Part shown: in pieces, positions 1-7,823 of the stretch
How the letters are laid out: every line of letters starts with the position of its first letter
Numbering within the stretch: position 1 is the first letter of the stretch
Origin: an uncultured Acidobacteriota bacterium
GTDB taxonomy: Bacteria; Acidobacteriota; Thermoanaerobaculia; UBA5066; DATFVB01
Length of the DNA: 64,000 bases
NCBI GenBank assembly: GCA_963813155.1
Contig: CAWEYG010000003.1
Coordinates: 704,001-768,000 of the forward strand
Direction: 5' to 3'
Program-made: the position numbers and the translations under genes
Notes under the pieces: model-generated
What the model saw: only the letters and a program-made list of their open reading frames with translations
The model's database searches: none
What the model was told of the DNA's origin: nothing

Positions 1-1
1 C

Positions 2-697
2 GACCGCCTCCGCCACCGGGTGCAGGACCTCGAGACCGACCTGGCGACCGCGGAGACCTTCCTTTCCACCGAATTCCAGGAAACGAGCCAGGAAAAAGAG
101 CGCCTTCGGCGCCAGACCAACGAGCTCGAGCTCGAGAACCGCGACTTCGCGCAGCGCAACGTGGAGCTGGAAGACCGCACTTCGAGCCTCGCGAACCTCT
201 ACGCCGCGACCTTTCAACTCCACTCGACGCTCGACCCCGCGACGGTCATCCAGTGCGTCGTGGAGATCGCCCTGAACCTCATCGGAGCGGCCGACTTCGT
301 TCTCTACCTCACCGACGATTCACAGGGAGACTACGTGCTCGCCGCGCGGGAGGGGGACTCCGCGCCCGGCACGAACCGGCTTCCCTCGCTGGCGAAGCTC
401 GTGGAGCAGGGAGCGATCGAGCAGAAGCGCGCCTTCTTCCAGGACGAGCTGCCCGAGGGCGCCGGCGCCGACGAGCCGCTCTGCTGCGTGCCGCTGATCT
501 TCCGCGACCGGCTCGTCGGCGCGATGACCGTCTACGGCCTGCTGTCCCACAAGCAAACCTTCTCGTCCCTCGACCGGGAGCTCTTCGACCTGCTCGGCGG
601 GCAGGCCGCGCTCGCGATCGTCTCGTCGCAGGCCTACATCTCCGTGGACCGGAAGCTCAAGACGGTGCAGAAGTTCATGGAGCTCCTCAAAAACTGA
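2..697 (+). CDS. Coiled-coil plus GAF domain protein, probably 5'-truncated by the window edge
   Basis: The frame is open from base 2 (DRLRHRVQDL...). N-terminal half is heptad-like (KERLRRQTNELELENRDFAQRN). C-terminus is GAF-like (LCCVPLIFRDRLVGAMTVY...DRELFDLLGGQAALAI). Confidence 0.75.
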   Translation, partial: DRLRHRVQDLETDLATAETFLSTEFQETSQEKERLRRQTNELELENRDFAQRNVELEDRTSSLANLYAATFQLHSTLDPATVIQCVVEIALNLIGAADFVLYLTDDSQGDYVLAAREGDSAPGTNRLPSLAKLVEQGAIEQKRAFFQDELPEGAGADEPLCCVPLIFRDRLVGAMTVYGLLSHKQTFSSLDRELFDLLGGQAALAIVSSQAYISVDRKLKTVQKFMELLKN

Positions 698-699
698 CC

Positions 700-1917
700 A
701 TGCCTTCCCCTCGGACAAACGCACCGGACGAAGCCCGCATCCTCCGGGGGCTCATCGAGGATCTTCCGCTCTCCGACATCTTGCAGTTCCTCCAGGTCGG
801 AGCGAAGAGCGGAGCGCTCTTCCTGAACCGCCCGACCGGGGACACGGCCGTCGTCACGTTTCGAAGCGGGAACATCGTGCAGGCGGTTCGGACCGACGCC
901 TACCAGACGCTCGGGGACCGGCTGATCGACAAGAGCCTGATCACTGTCGAGCAGCTCCACGATTCGCTCGCGTACCTCGCCCACTTTCCGGGCATGCGGA
1001 TCGGGGACGCGCTCGTCGAGCGCGGAGTCATCACCCGGCAGACCGTCGAGCTCGAAGTGCGGCAACAGATCACCGAGACGATCGAGAGCCTCATGACCTG
1101 GTCGAACGCAGAATTCGAGTTCCGGATCGGAATGGTGTCGATCGGCCGCGGAATGCCGAATTTCGCGCTGGACCTGGTGCTTGCCGACGGCGTCGAGCCG
1201 CGCCACCTCCTGCTCGAGGCGAGCCTGATGAAGGACAAGCACGAGCGGGAATCGACGGAAACGCCCGCCGAGGAGGACGACGACGCGAAGACCATTCAAT
1301 GGTTCGACGACGGGTCCCGGCCGCCGGATTTCGACATGGAAGACCCGGAACAGCTGCGCATCGCGCACGCGTACCTGTCGGTCAGCGAAGAGCTCTTCTC
1401 GGCGAGCGAACGCGGCGAGATGGCCCTTCTCCTCCTGCGCTACGCGAGCGAGCTCTACGGCGAGGGAGGGCTGCTCCTGCGCGATTCGCAGGGCTTCCGC
1501 GTGCTCGGCCAGTTCGGCTCCGCGTTCGCCTGGGGCGACGAGGCGGCCCCGATCCAGAAAACGTCGTTTCCGATAGAACAGAATCCCCTGCTCAAGATGA
1601 TCGCGAGCGATGGACGGCCGTACGCCGGCTACGTCTCCCTCACCCCGGAGGGCGGGCTCGCAATGGCCCAGCCGAGGACTCCGGGGGCCGTCTCGACGCT
1701 CGCCGTTCCGCTGCTCGTGCTCGGCCGAGTCTCGCTCGTTCTTTTCTGCCGGTCGCCGCTCGCCTCCCTGACCGACGCAAGGGCCCTGATCGCGCTCGCG
1801 CGCCAGATCTCGATCGGGCTCGAAAACCTCGCGCTTCGCGAGGTGGCCCGGCGGAAGCCTCCGGAGCGCTCCGGCTTGACCATCGCGCCGGGATTCTCTA
1901 TCGTCCCAAAGAGATGA
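700..1917 (+). CDS. DUF4388 (PatA-N-like) domain protein with C-terminal GAF-like region
   Basis: ATG at 700, directly after the upstream stop. LRGLIEDLPLSDILQFLQVGAKSGAL, LGDRLIDKSLIT, RIGDALVERG and LMTWSNAEFEF are typical of DUF4388 proteins. Confidence 0.75.
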   Translation: MPSPRTNAPDEARILRGLIEDLPLSDILQFLQVGAKSGALFLNRPTGDTAVVTFRSGNIVQAVRTDAYQTLGDRLIDKSLITVEQLHDSLAYLAHFPGMRIGDALVERGVITRQTVELEVRQQITETIESLMTWSNAEFEFRIGMVSIGRGMPNFALDLVLADGVEPRHLLLEASLMKDKHERESTETPAEEDDDAKTIQWFDDGSRPPDFDMEDPEQLRIAHAYLSVSEELFSASERGEMALLLLRYASELYGEGGLLLRDSQGFRVLGQFGSAFAWGDEAAPIQKTSFPIEQNPLLKMIASDGRPYAGYVSLTPEGGLAMAQPRTPGAVSTLAVPLLVLGRVSLVLFCRSPLASLTDARALIALARQISIGLENLALREVARRKPPERSGLTIAPGFSIVPKR

Positions 1918-2312
1918 CTTCGCAAAACCCGTCCATCCTCATCGTCGAAGACTCTTCGACCGTCCGGCAGATGCTGATGCTGAACCTGAAGCAGCTTACC
2001 GGCTGCAAGATCACGGAAGCGTCCAACGGCGCCGAAGCGCTCGCGAAGCTTTCCGTTCAGCCCGTGGACCTCATCCTGACCGACATCAACATGCCCATCA
2101 TGGACGGGTTGAAGCTCGTCGGATTCGTCCGTCAGAACGAGAACCTGAAGAACATCCCGATCATCATCATCACGACGAAGGGCGCGGACGAGGACCGCGA
2201 GCGCGGCCTCGCGCTCGGCGCGAACGCCTACATCCCGAAGCCGATCCAGGCGAGCGCGCTCATGCAGACCGTGCGCAAGCTCCTCGCCGAGCCCAGCGCG
2301 AAACCCGCGTAA
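1914..2312 (+). CDS. Single-domain response regulator (CheY-like receiver)
   Basis: ATGA overlap with the upstream stop. ILIVEDS, DLILTDINMPIMDG, IIIITT and YIPKP receiver motifs. Confidence 0.92.
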   Translation: MTSQNPSILIVEDSSTVRQMLMLNLKQLTGCKITEASNGAEALAKLSVQPVDLILTDINMPIMDGLKLVGFVRQNENLKNIPIIIITTKGADEDRERGLALGANAYIPKPIQASALMQTVRKLLAEPSAKPA

Positions 2313-2317
2313 ACCGA

Positions 2318-2434
2318 ACCCCTCACCCGGCTCGCCTCGCAGATACCTCGGCTCGCCGACCTCTCCCTCAAGGGGAGAGGTGGATCGAGCCCGCTTCACC
2401 CTCTCCCCCTGCGGGAGAGGGAAGGGTGAGGGGT
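2318..2434. repeat. REP-like intergenic palindromic element between convergent genes
   Basis: Outer 11-bp inverted repeat ACCCCTCACCC (2318-2328) / GGGTGAGGGGT (2424-2434). Two internal hairpins: ACCTCTCCC..GGGAGAGGT (2359-2381) and CCCTCTCCC..GGGAGAGGG (2399-2421). Confidence 0.75.
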
Positions 2435-2443
2435 GACTTCGGT

Positions 2444-3892
2444 CTACCCCGTCGCCCGCTCCCGCTCCGCCGCCTCTCCTGCCGCCGGCCGGGCCGAGGC
2501 GGCGTGCTCCTTGAGGTAAGCGGCGGGATCCATCATGCGCTGCGTCCGGGCGAGCACGCGAACGAGGTAGGGGATCTGCCGCGGCCGCACCTGCCGGATC
2601 CAGTCCCACAGGCTCTTCTCGCCGCTCGTGTTCAGGATCGACCGCCTCCACGTCTCCGCGTAGAGCTCGAAGAAGCGGCGGGCGCCGAGCTTCGGCTCCC
2701 ACAGGACGTGGCTCATGTCGTACTTGAACCAGGGTTGCCCCTCGATCGCGGGAGCCAGCTTTCGGTGGAGCTCCGTTCCCGGCAGCGGGGTCAGCACCGT
2801 GTAGCCGGCGCGCTGGAATCCGTGGCGCGCGACGAAGTCCCACAGCTCGCGGAAGTCCGCTTCCTCCCAGTCCGGGTCGACGAGGAAATTGCCCGTCACG
2901 CCGTATTTCAGGGAGCGGGCGACGCGGGCCGCCTCGACGCTCTGGTTCGCGCTCGCGTCCTTGACGACGCTCTGCAGCCCCGCGTCGGACGCCGACTCCA
3001 GCCCGAAGAAGATGTCGAAGTCCTTCGCGAGCGGCCGCCACTCCGCCAGGAGGTCCGCGTTGCGCGCGACGAGGTCCGTCCGGCTCTGGACGAGCATCCA
3101 CCGCTTGCGGATTCCCCTCTTGCGCAGCGCTCGCGCGAGCTCGAGGCTCCTCGCGGGGTGGTTCCAGAACAGGTCGTCGACGACGAAGACGTTCTCGCCG
3201 ACCGAGGCGAAATCTTCCACGACCGCGGCGACGCTTCTCTCCCGGAACGACCGGTCGTAGAGCTGCCAGACGGAACAGAAAGAACAGCGGTACGGGCAGC
3301 CGCGCGCCGTCTCCACGAGCCAGACCGGCTTGAAGAGAAGGCAGTGGTACCGGTTGCGGTAGCGGCCGACGAGATCGCGCGCCGGAAGAGCGACCTCGTC
3401 CAGCTCCGTGCGGTTCGACAGCGGCGGCGTGGAGATCCATCCGTCCCGTGTCCGAAGGCGCAGGCCCGGAACCTCCGAGAGCGGCCGGCGGCGGTCGAGC
3501 GCGCGCACGAGAGCCGGGAAGATCTCCTCCCCGTCGTCGGTGCAGATCGCGTCGAGAGCGTCGTTCTCGAGCGGTTCCGGATAGGCGGACGCCGCATGCC
3601 CCCCGGCGACGATGAAGGCGTCCGGAACGACGCGCCTCACCTCGCGCGCGACGCCGAGAACCTGGTCGTACTCGAGCGCGTGCATGCCGGAGATCCCGAC
3701 GACGTTCGGCCGGACGCGCCGGGCCCACGAAGCCGCGCCGGCCCCGAACCTCTCGTCGACGATGACCGACTCGTATCCGGCGCGGCGAAGGCCCGCTCCC
3801 ACGTATTCCAGGCCGAGCGGCTCGACGCGAAAAAACGGCCCGAGGCCGAAGCGCTCGTTGCCGGGGTCGGGTCGAATGAACAGGGTCTTCAT
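2444..3892 (-). CDS. Cobalamin-binding radical SAM enzyme (class B methyltransferase-like, resembles HpnR)
   Basis: EPLGLEYV and IVAGGHAAS (B12-binding domain), RGCPYRCSFC (CxxxCxxC), VDDLF, FFGLES, LTPLPGT. Start taken at MKTLFIRP. Confidence 0.85.
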   Translation of the reverse strand: MKTLFIRPDPGNERFGLGPFFRVEPLGLEYVGAGLRRAGYESVIVDERFGAGAASWARRVRPNVVGISGMHALEYDQVLGVAREVRRVVPDAFIVAGGHAASAYPEPLENDALDAICTDDGEEIFPALVRALDRRRPLSEVPGLRLRTRDGWISTPPLSNRTELDEVALPARDLVGRYRNRYHCLLFKPVWLVETARGCPYRCSFCSVWQLYDRSFRERSVAAVVEDFASVGENVFVVDDLFWNHPARSLELARALRKRGIRKRWMLVQSRTDLVARNADLLAEWRPLAKDFDIFFGLESASDAGLQSVVKDASANQSVEAARVARSLKYGVTGNFLVDPDWEEADFRELWDFVARHGFQRAGYTVLTPLPGTELHRKLAPAIEGQPWFKYDMSHVLWEPKLGARRFFELYAETWRRSILNTSGEKSLWDWIRQVRPRQIPYLVRVLARTQRMMDPAAYLKEHAASARPAAGEAAERERATG

Positions 3893-3979
3893 GGATTGGT
3901 CCAAAGAGTTTTTTCCGGCGCCGATCCTACGCGGATTCTTCCCCGCCGGCAACACGGGAAACGCGCCGGAGCCGGCGCC

Positions 3980-4008
3980 TTGACTCCCCCGCCCGGCTCC
4001 GCTATCTT
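3980..4008 (+). promoter_or_regulatory. sigma70-type promoter of tRNA-Gly
   Basis: TTGACT-N17-TATCTT, ending 19 nt before the tRNA. Confidence 0.65.
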
Positions 4009-4027
4009 CTTGCTTCTTCTGGCCTGG

Positions 4028-4102
4028 GCGGGAATAGCTCAGTGGTAGAGCGCCACCTTGCCAAGGTGGATGTCGCGGGTTCGACTCCCGTTTCCCGCTC
4101 CA
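4028..4102 (+). tRNA. tRNA-Gly (anticodon GCC)
   Basis: GCGGGAA/TTCCCGC acceptor stem, D-arm AGCTCAGTGGTAGAGC, anticodon arm CCACC-TTGCCAA-GGTGG, T-loop GGTTCGACTCC, encoded CCA. Confidence 0.97.
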
Positions 4103-4115
4103 AACTTTCGCCGAC

Positions 4116-4487
4116 TCACACGATCTTGCACGGGATGAGCGCGTCTTCGTCGAAGGAGTAGACGGCGCAGAGCCGGTGATACCCGTCCGCGATGACGACC
4201 TTGCCGAGCTCCGTCGCGCGCACGAGCAGGAGCGGCGAAAGCTTCTGACGCTTTCGAATCTTCGCGCGGTCCTTCTCCACGTGCGAATTGCTGACTCCCA
4301 GCAGCGACAGGCCCGAGGCCCGGAAGATGTCCTTCGCCTTGAACTCGACGACCTTCGACTTCTTCAAGCGCCGCACGAGGGACGCCGCGGACGCCTTGTC
4401 GTAGAGGAGGGTCAGGTAAGACTCGGCGGCCGGATAGTCATGATCTTCCGGCTCCTCGAGCCACCCGATCTTTGCCTTCGGCGCCAT
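4116..4487 (-). CDS. Small ParB/Sulfiredoxin-like domain protein (123 aa)
   Basis: Last 123 codons of ORF 4116..6266 from MAPKAKIGW. Contains LSPLLLV...VVIADGYHRL, like the ParB/Srx DGxHR motif. TAGAAT lies 7 nt before the ATG. Confidence 0.65.
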   Translation of the reverse strand: MAPKAKIGWLEEPEDHDYPAAESYLTLLYDKASAASLVRRLKKSKVVEFKAKDIFRASGLSLLGVSNSHVEKDRAKIRKRQKLSPLLLVRATELGKVVIADGYHRLCAVYSFDEDALIPCKIV

Positions 4488-4507
4488 CCGCAGAATTCTA
4501 TCCTCGA

Positions 4508-5798
4508 CTAGAGCTCCGACTTGAAGGGCCTCAGAGCCCATTCCGTCATCCGCTTCGCGAGCGTGCGGTTCTTCCACATCGCGAGCGTGTACGGGCGGCA
4601 CCGGGACAGGTCCCGCTGGAAAGACTGTTTCATCCGCCCGGCGAAATCCGTGTCGTACACGAACAGGTTCAGCTCCTCGTTCAGATGAAACGACCGGTCG
4701 TCGAAGTTCGCGGACCCCACGGTGGAGAAGATCCCGTCCACGACCATCGTCTTCAGGTGGTACATCGTCGGCTGGTACTCGAAGATCTTCACGCCTCCCG
4801 CCAGGAGCGGGCCGAGGAAGGAGCGCCCCGCGGCTTTCGTCGCCGGCACGTCGTTCTGTTCGTCGGAAGGCACGATGACCCGGACGTCCACGCCCCGCTT
4901 GACGGCCGCGACGAACAGCGTAACGGTCGAGTCGTCCGGCAGAAAGTAGGAATTCGCGATCCAGACCTCCTTCGAAGCCGCCGCGAGCGAGATCGCGTAC
5001 ACGCGCGCCGGCTCCCGACATCGCCGCGAGCGGCGACGACGGCACGACGGCGGCCGAAATCGACCCCGCCGCCGGAAGCGCGGGAAAAAAGTCTTCGCCG
5101 ACGAGAGCCTCTCCCGTCGTTTCCGACCAGTTCTCCTGGAACGCCCGCTGAAGGCCCCGAACGGCGGGACCGTCCACTCGCACCTGCGTGTCGCGCCAGT
5201 GTTCGGGCGAGTCGGCGCTCCCGAGCCACGGGTCGGCGAACCCCGCCCCTCCCGTGAACCCGACCGCGCCGTCCACCACGAGGACGCGGCGGTGGCTGCG
5301 ATGGTTGACGACCCAGATCACCCAGGGTTTCGTCGAATGGAAGAACTCCACGCGGCACCCGGCTCGTCGCAGGATTTCGACGTCGGTCGCCTTCAGCCGC
5401 CTGCCGGGAGATCCGACCGCGTCGAGCAGAACCCGCACCGCGACGCCGTGCGCGGCCCGTTCGGCGAGCGCGTCGCGGAAACGCGCGCCCACTTCGCCCG
5501 ACCAGAAGATATAGGCCTCGAAGTTGACCGTCCGGCGGGCCGAAGCGATCGCGGCGAGCATCGCGGGAAAGATCGCGTCGCCGTTCTCGAGAATCTCGAT
5601 CCGGTTGCCGGACGTCATCGTCGGGCCGGGCAGGGCGGACGGCAGAAACGTCGGCGAGGTGACCTTGAAATCGTGCGGCAGGTCGTAGACGGTCTCTTTC
5701 GGGGCGCTCGATTTCGCGATGCTGACGGCCAGCGCGTAGCCGGCGGCCACGAGGACGAGAAAGATCACGAAGTGGTGCCGGGGCCTGCGGTTTCTCAC
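4508..5798 (-). CDS. Phospholipase D / cardiolipin-synthase-like protein (frameshift near 5010)
   Basis: GTG start with SD GGAGGGGAGG, N-terminal TM, GNRIEILENGDAIFPAML, HRRVLVVDG, WRDTQVRVDGP. In the next frame: IANSYFLPD, HLKTMVVDG, GSANFD. Confidence 0.85.
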
Positions 5799-7789
5799 GG
5801 AGTCCTCCCCTCCAGCATCCCCATCGCTTCGAGGACGCGCGGTTGGTCCGGGCCGGAGCGCGAGCGAACGGCGGAAGAGCTCGAGGGCGCGATCCTTCCG
5901 GCCCATGCACGTGTGGAGCAGAGCCAGCAGGTTCAGAGTCTCCGGCTGCGTCGTCGCCGGCTCGAATCGGCCGATCGCGTCGAGCGCGCCGCCGCAATCC
6001 TTCCCCCGAAACCGGAATTCCGCGAGCGCGCGGGCGAGATCCTCGCGGCCGGGAAACGACGCGGCCGCGCGCTCCAGCAGGGCCTTTTCCGGACCCGGCT
6101 TGCCGGCGGCACGGTACTCGGCGGCCCAGCCGAGGACGGTGCCCGCGGGGTCCGCGTGTCCCGCCGAAAGCGCGCGGAAAAGCCAGTCTCGCGCGCGGTC
6201 GTCCTGCCCCTTCCTCCTGTACAGCACGGCGAGGTTGAAAATCGGCGACGGATAGTCGGGACGCATCGCGAGGGCGCGTTGAAAGTCCCTCTCGGCCCCG
6301 GCGAGGTCGCCGGAGACTTCCCGCTCGTAGAGGCCGAGGTTGTTGTACGCGCTCTCGGTCCGGCCCGGCCTCCCCCCGGAAGAGGGAAGGGGCCGCCGAA
6401 CGCGTGTCGCCCCCGGACAGGTACCCGAGCGATCGGAGCTTTTCCGCGTACTCGGCGGCGCTCGCGGCCGGGATCGGCGCCGCCGCGGCGCGGCGCACGG
6501 CGGGATCCGCCGAAGTCGCCGCGCGGGGAGGCGCTTTCAGATCGCGAAAGACGGGAATCGCCTTTCCCGTCATTCTCGCGGCGGGCGGAACGTCGAGCAG
6601 AGCGAGCACGGTCGGAGCGAGGTCGAACACGCTCGGGTGAGCGACGGCGCGGCCCGGGATGACCCGCGCCCCCCACGCCGCGAAGACGCCGTCGATCCGG
6701 TGCCAGAAGGCCGCCGTCGAAGACTCGAGCGAGGAGCGCTCGCACGTCCGGTCGCTCCCCCATTTGAAGCCGTGGTCGGAATTCACGATCAGGGTCGCGC
6801 CGTCCTCGCGGGCGCGGCGCATCCACTGGCCGAGAATGCGGTCGACCGCGCCGAAGTAGGTCTCGGCCGCCCGGCGGTCCCGGCGGAACCCGTCGTCGGA
6901 CGCGCACGGAAGGCGCGGCGGCGTCTCCGCGGCGAAGACGTGGCCGATCTCGTCGGTCCCCTCGAAATACACCGCGAGCAGGTCCGGGTGTTCGCGGTCG
7001 TACAGATCCCGGGCGATCCGCTGCGTGATGCGGGTCGCTCCCACGATCCGCGCGAGCGCGACGACCGGGTCTTCCCTGCCGCGGCCGCTCGAAAGCGCGC
7101 GGGAGATTTCGTCCGGAGGCGCGTCGAGGTAGGGCCGGAGATCCTCTCGCGTTCACGGCGCCGTCCCGCGCGCGAATCGAGCCGACCATCGCGTCGAGCG
7201 CGGGAGGGTACGCGACGCCGGCCGAGACCGGGGACTCGTGGAGAATCGGGCTCGCGCGGTCCGAGACGAAGAAGCCGTCGACGACCTCCGCGGGGTACGT
7301 CGCCCACCAGCCCACGACCCCGACCTTCGCGCCCGCCGCCGACGCGAAGTTCCAGACCGCCGGAACCGAGCGCGAAAGGCCCGAGATCGGAACTCTCGAA
7401 CCGGTCGCGGGGTCGATTTCCTGGAAATCGAGGACGCCGTGGACGTCGGGCCCGGCCCCCGTCGCGATCGTGGTCCAGACGGCCGGCGAGATCATCGGCA
7501 CGAAGCTCGCGAGTTTCGCGCTCGCGCCCTCCGCGACGAGCTTCGTCCAGTTCGGGACCTTCCCCTCCGCCGAAAGCCGGTCCATGAAATCGGGGTCGAG
7601 CCCGTCGAGCCCGATCCAGATCACCGGCGTTCGGCCGCCGGCCGGCCGGGAGGAGCGCGCCGCAGTGTCGGCGTCCTCGACGGCGGCGGGGCGTTCAGGC
7701 TGCGAGCCGCTCCCTCTCGAGTCGTTTCGACACGACAGGAAGCCGAGAGCCGCGCACACCCACAGAGAGAATCGAAGCGCTTTCGCCAT
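5795..7789 (-). CDS. Alkaline-phosphatase superfamily (type I phosphodiesterase-like) protein with C-terminal TPRs, probable lipoprotein (frameshifts near 7145, 6370, 5850)
   Basis: Signal peptide ending FLSC, IGLDG, ISPAVWTTIATG..PDVHG, YFEGTDEIGH, NSDHGF, DLAPTVL, EKLRSLGYL, then TPR-like PIFNLAVLY and TLNLLALLH. Stop overlaps the PLD start (GTGA). Confidence 0.75.
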
Positions 7790-7823
7790 GGAGAAGCGTC
7801 GATTCTACGCGGTCCTCTCGCTC

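Noticed and set aside
4116-6266. Apparent TPR-PLD-ParB fusion (716 aa)
   Set aside because: Produced by frameshifts. Each part has its own start signals and the PLD C-terminus lies in another frame.
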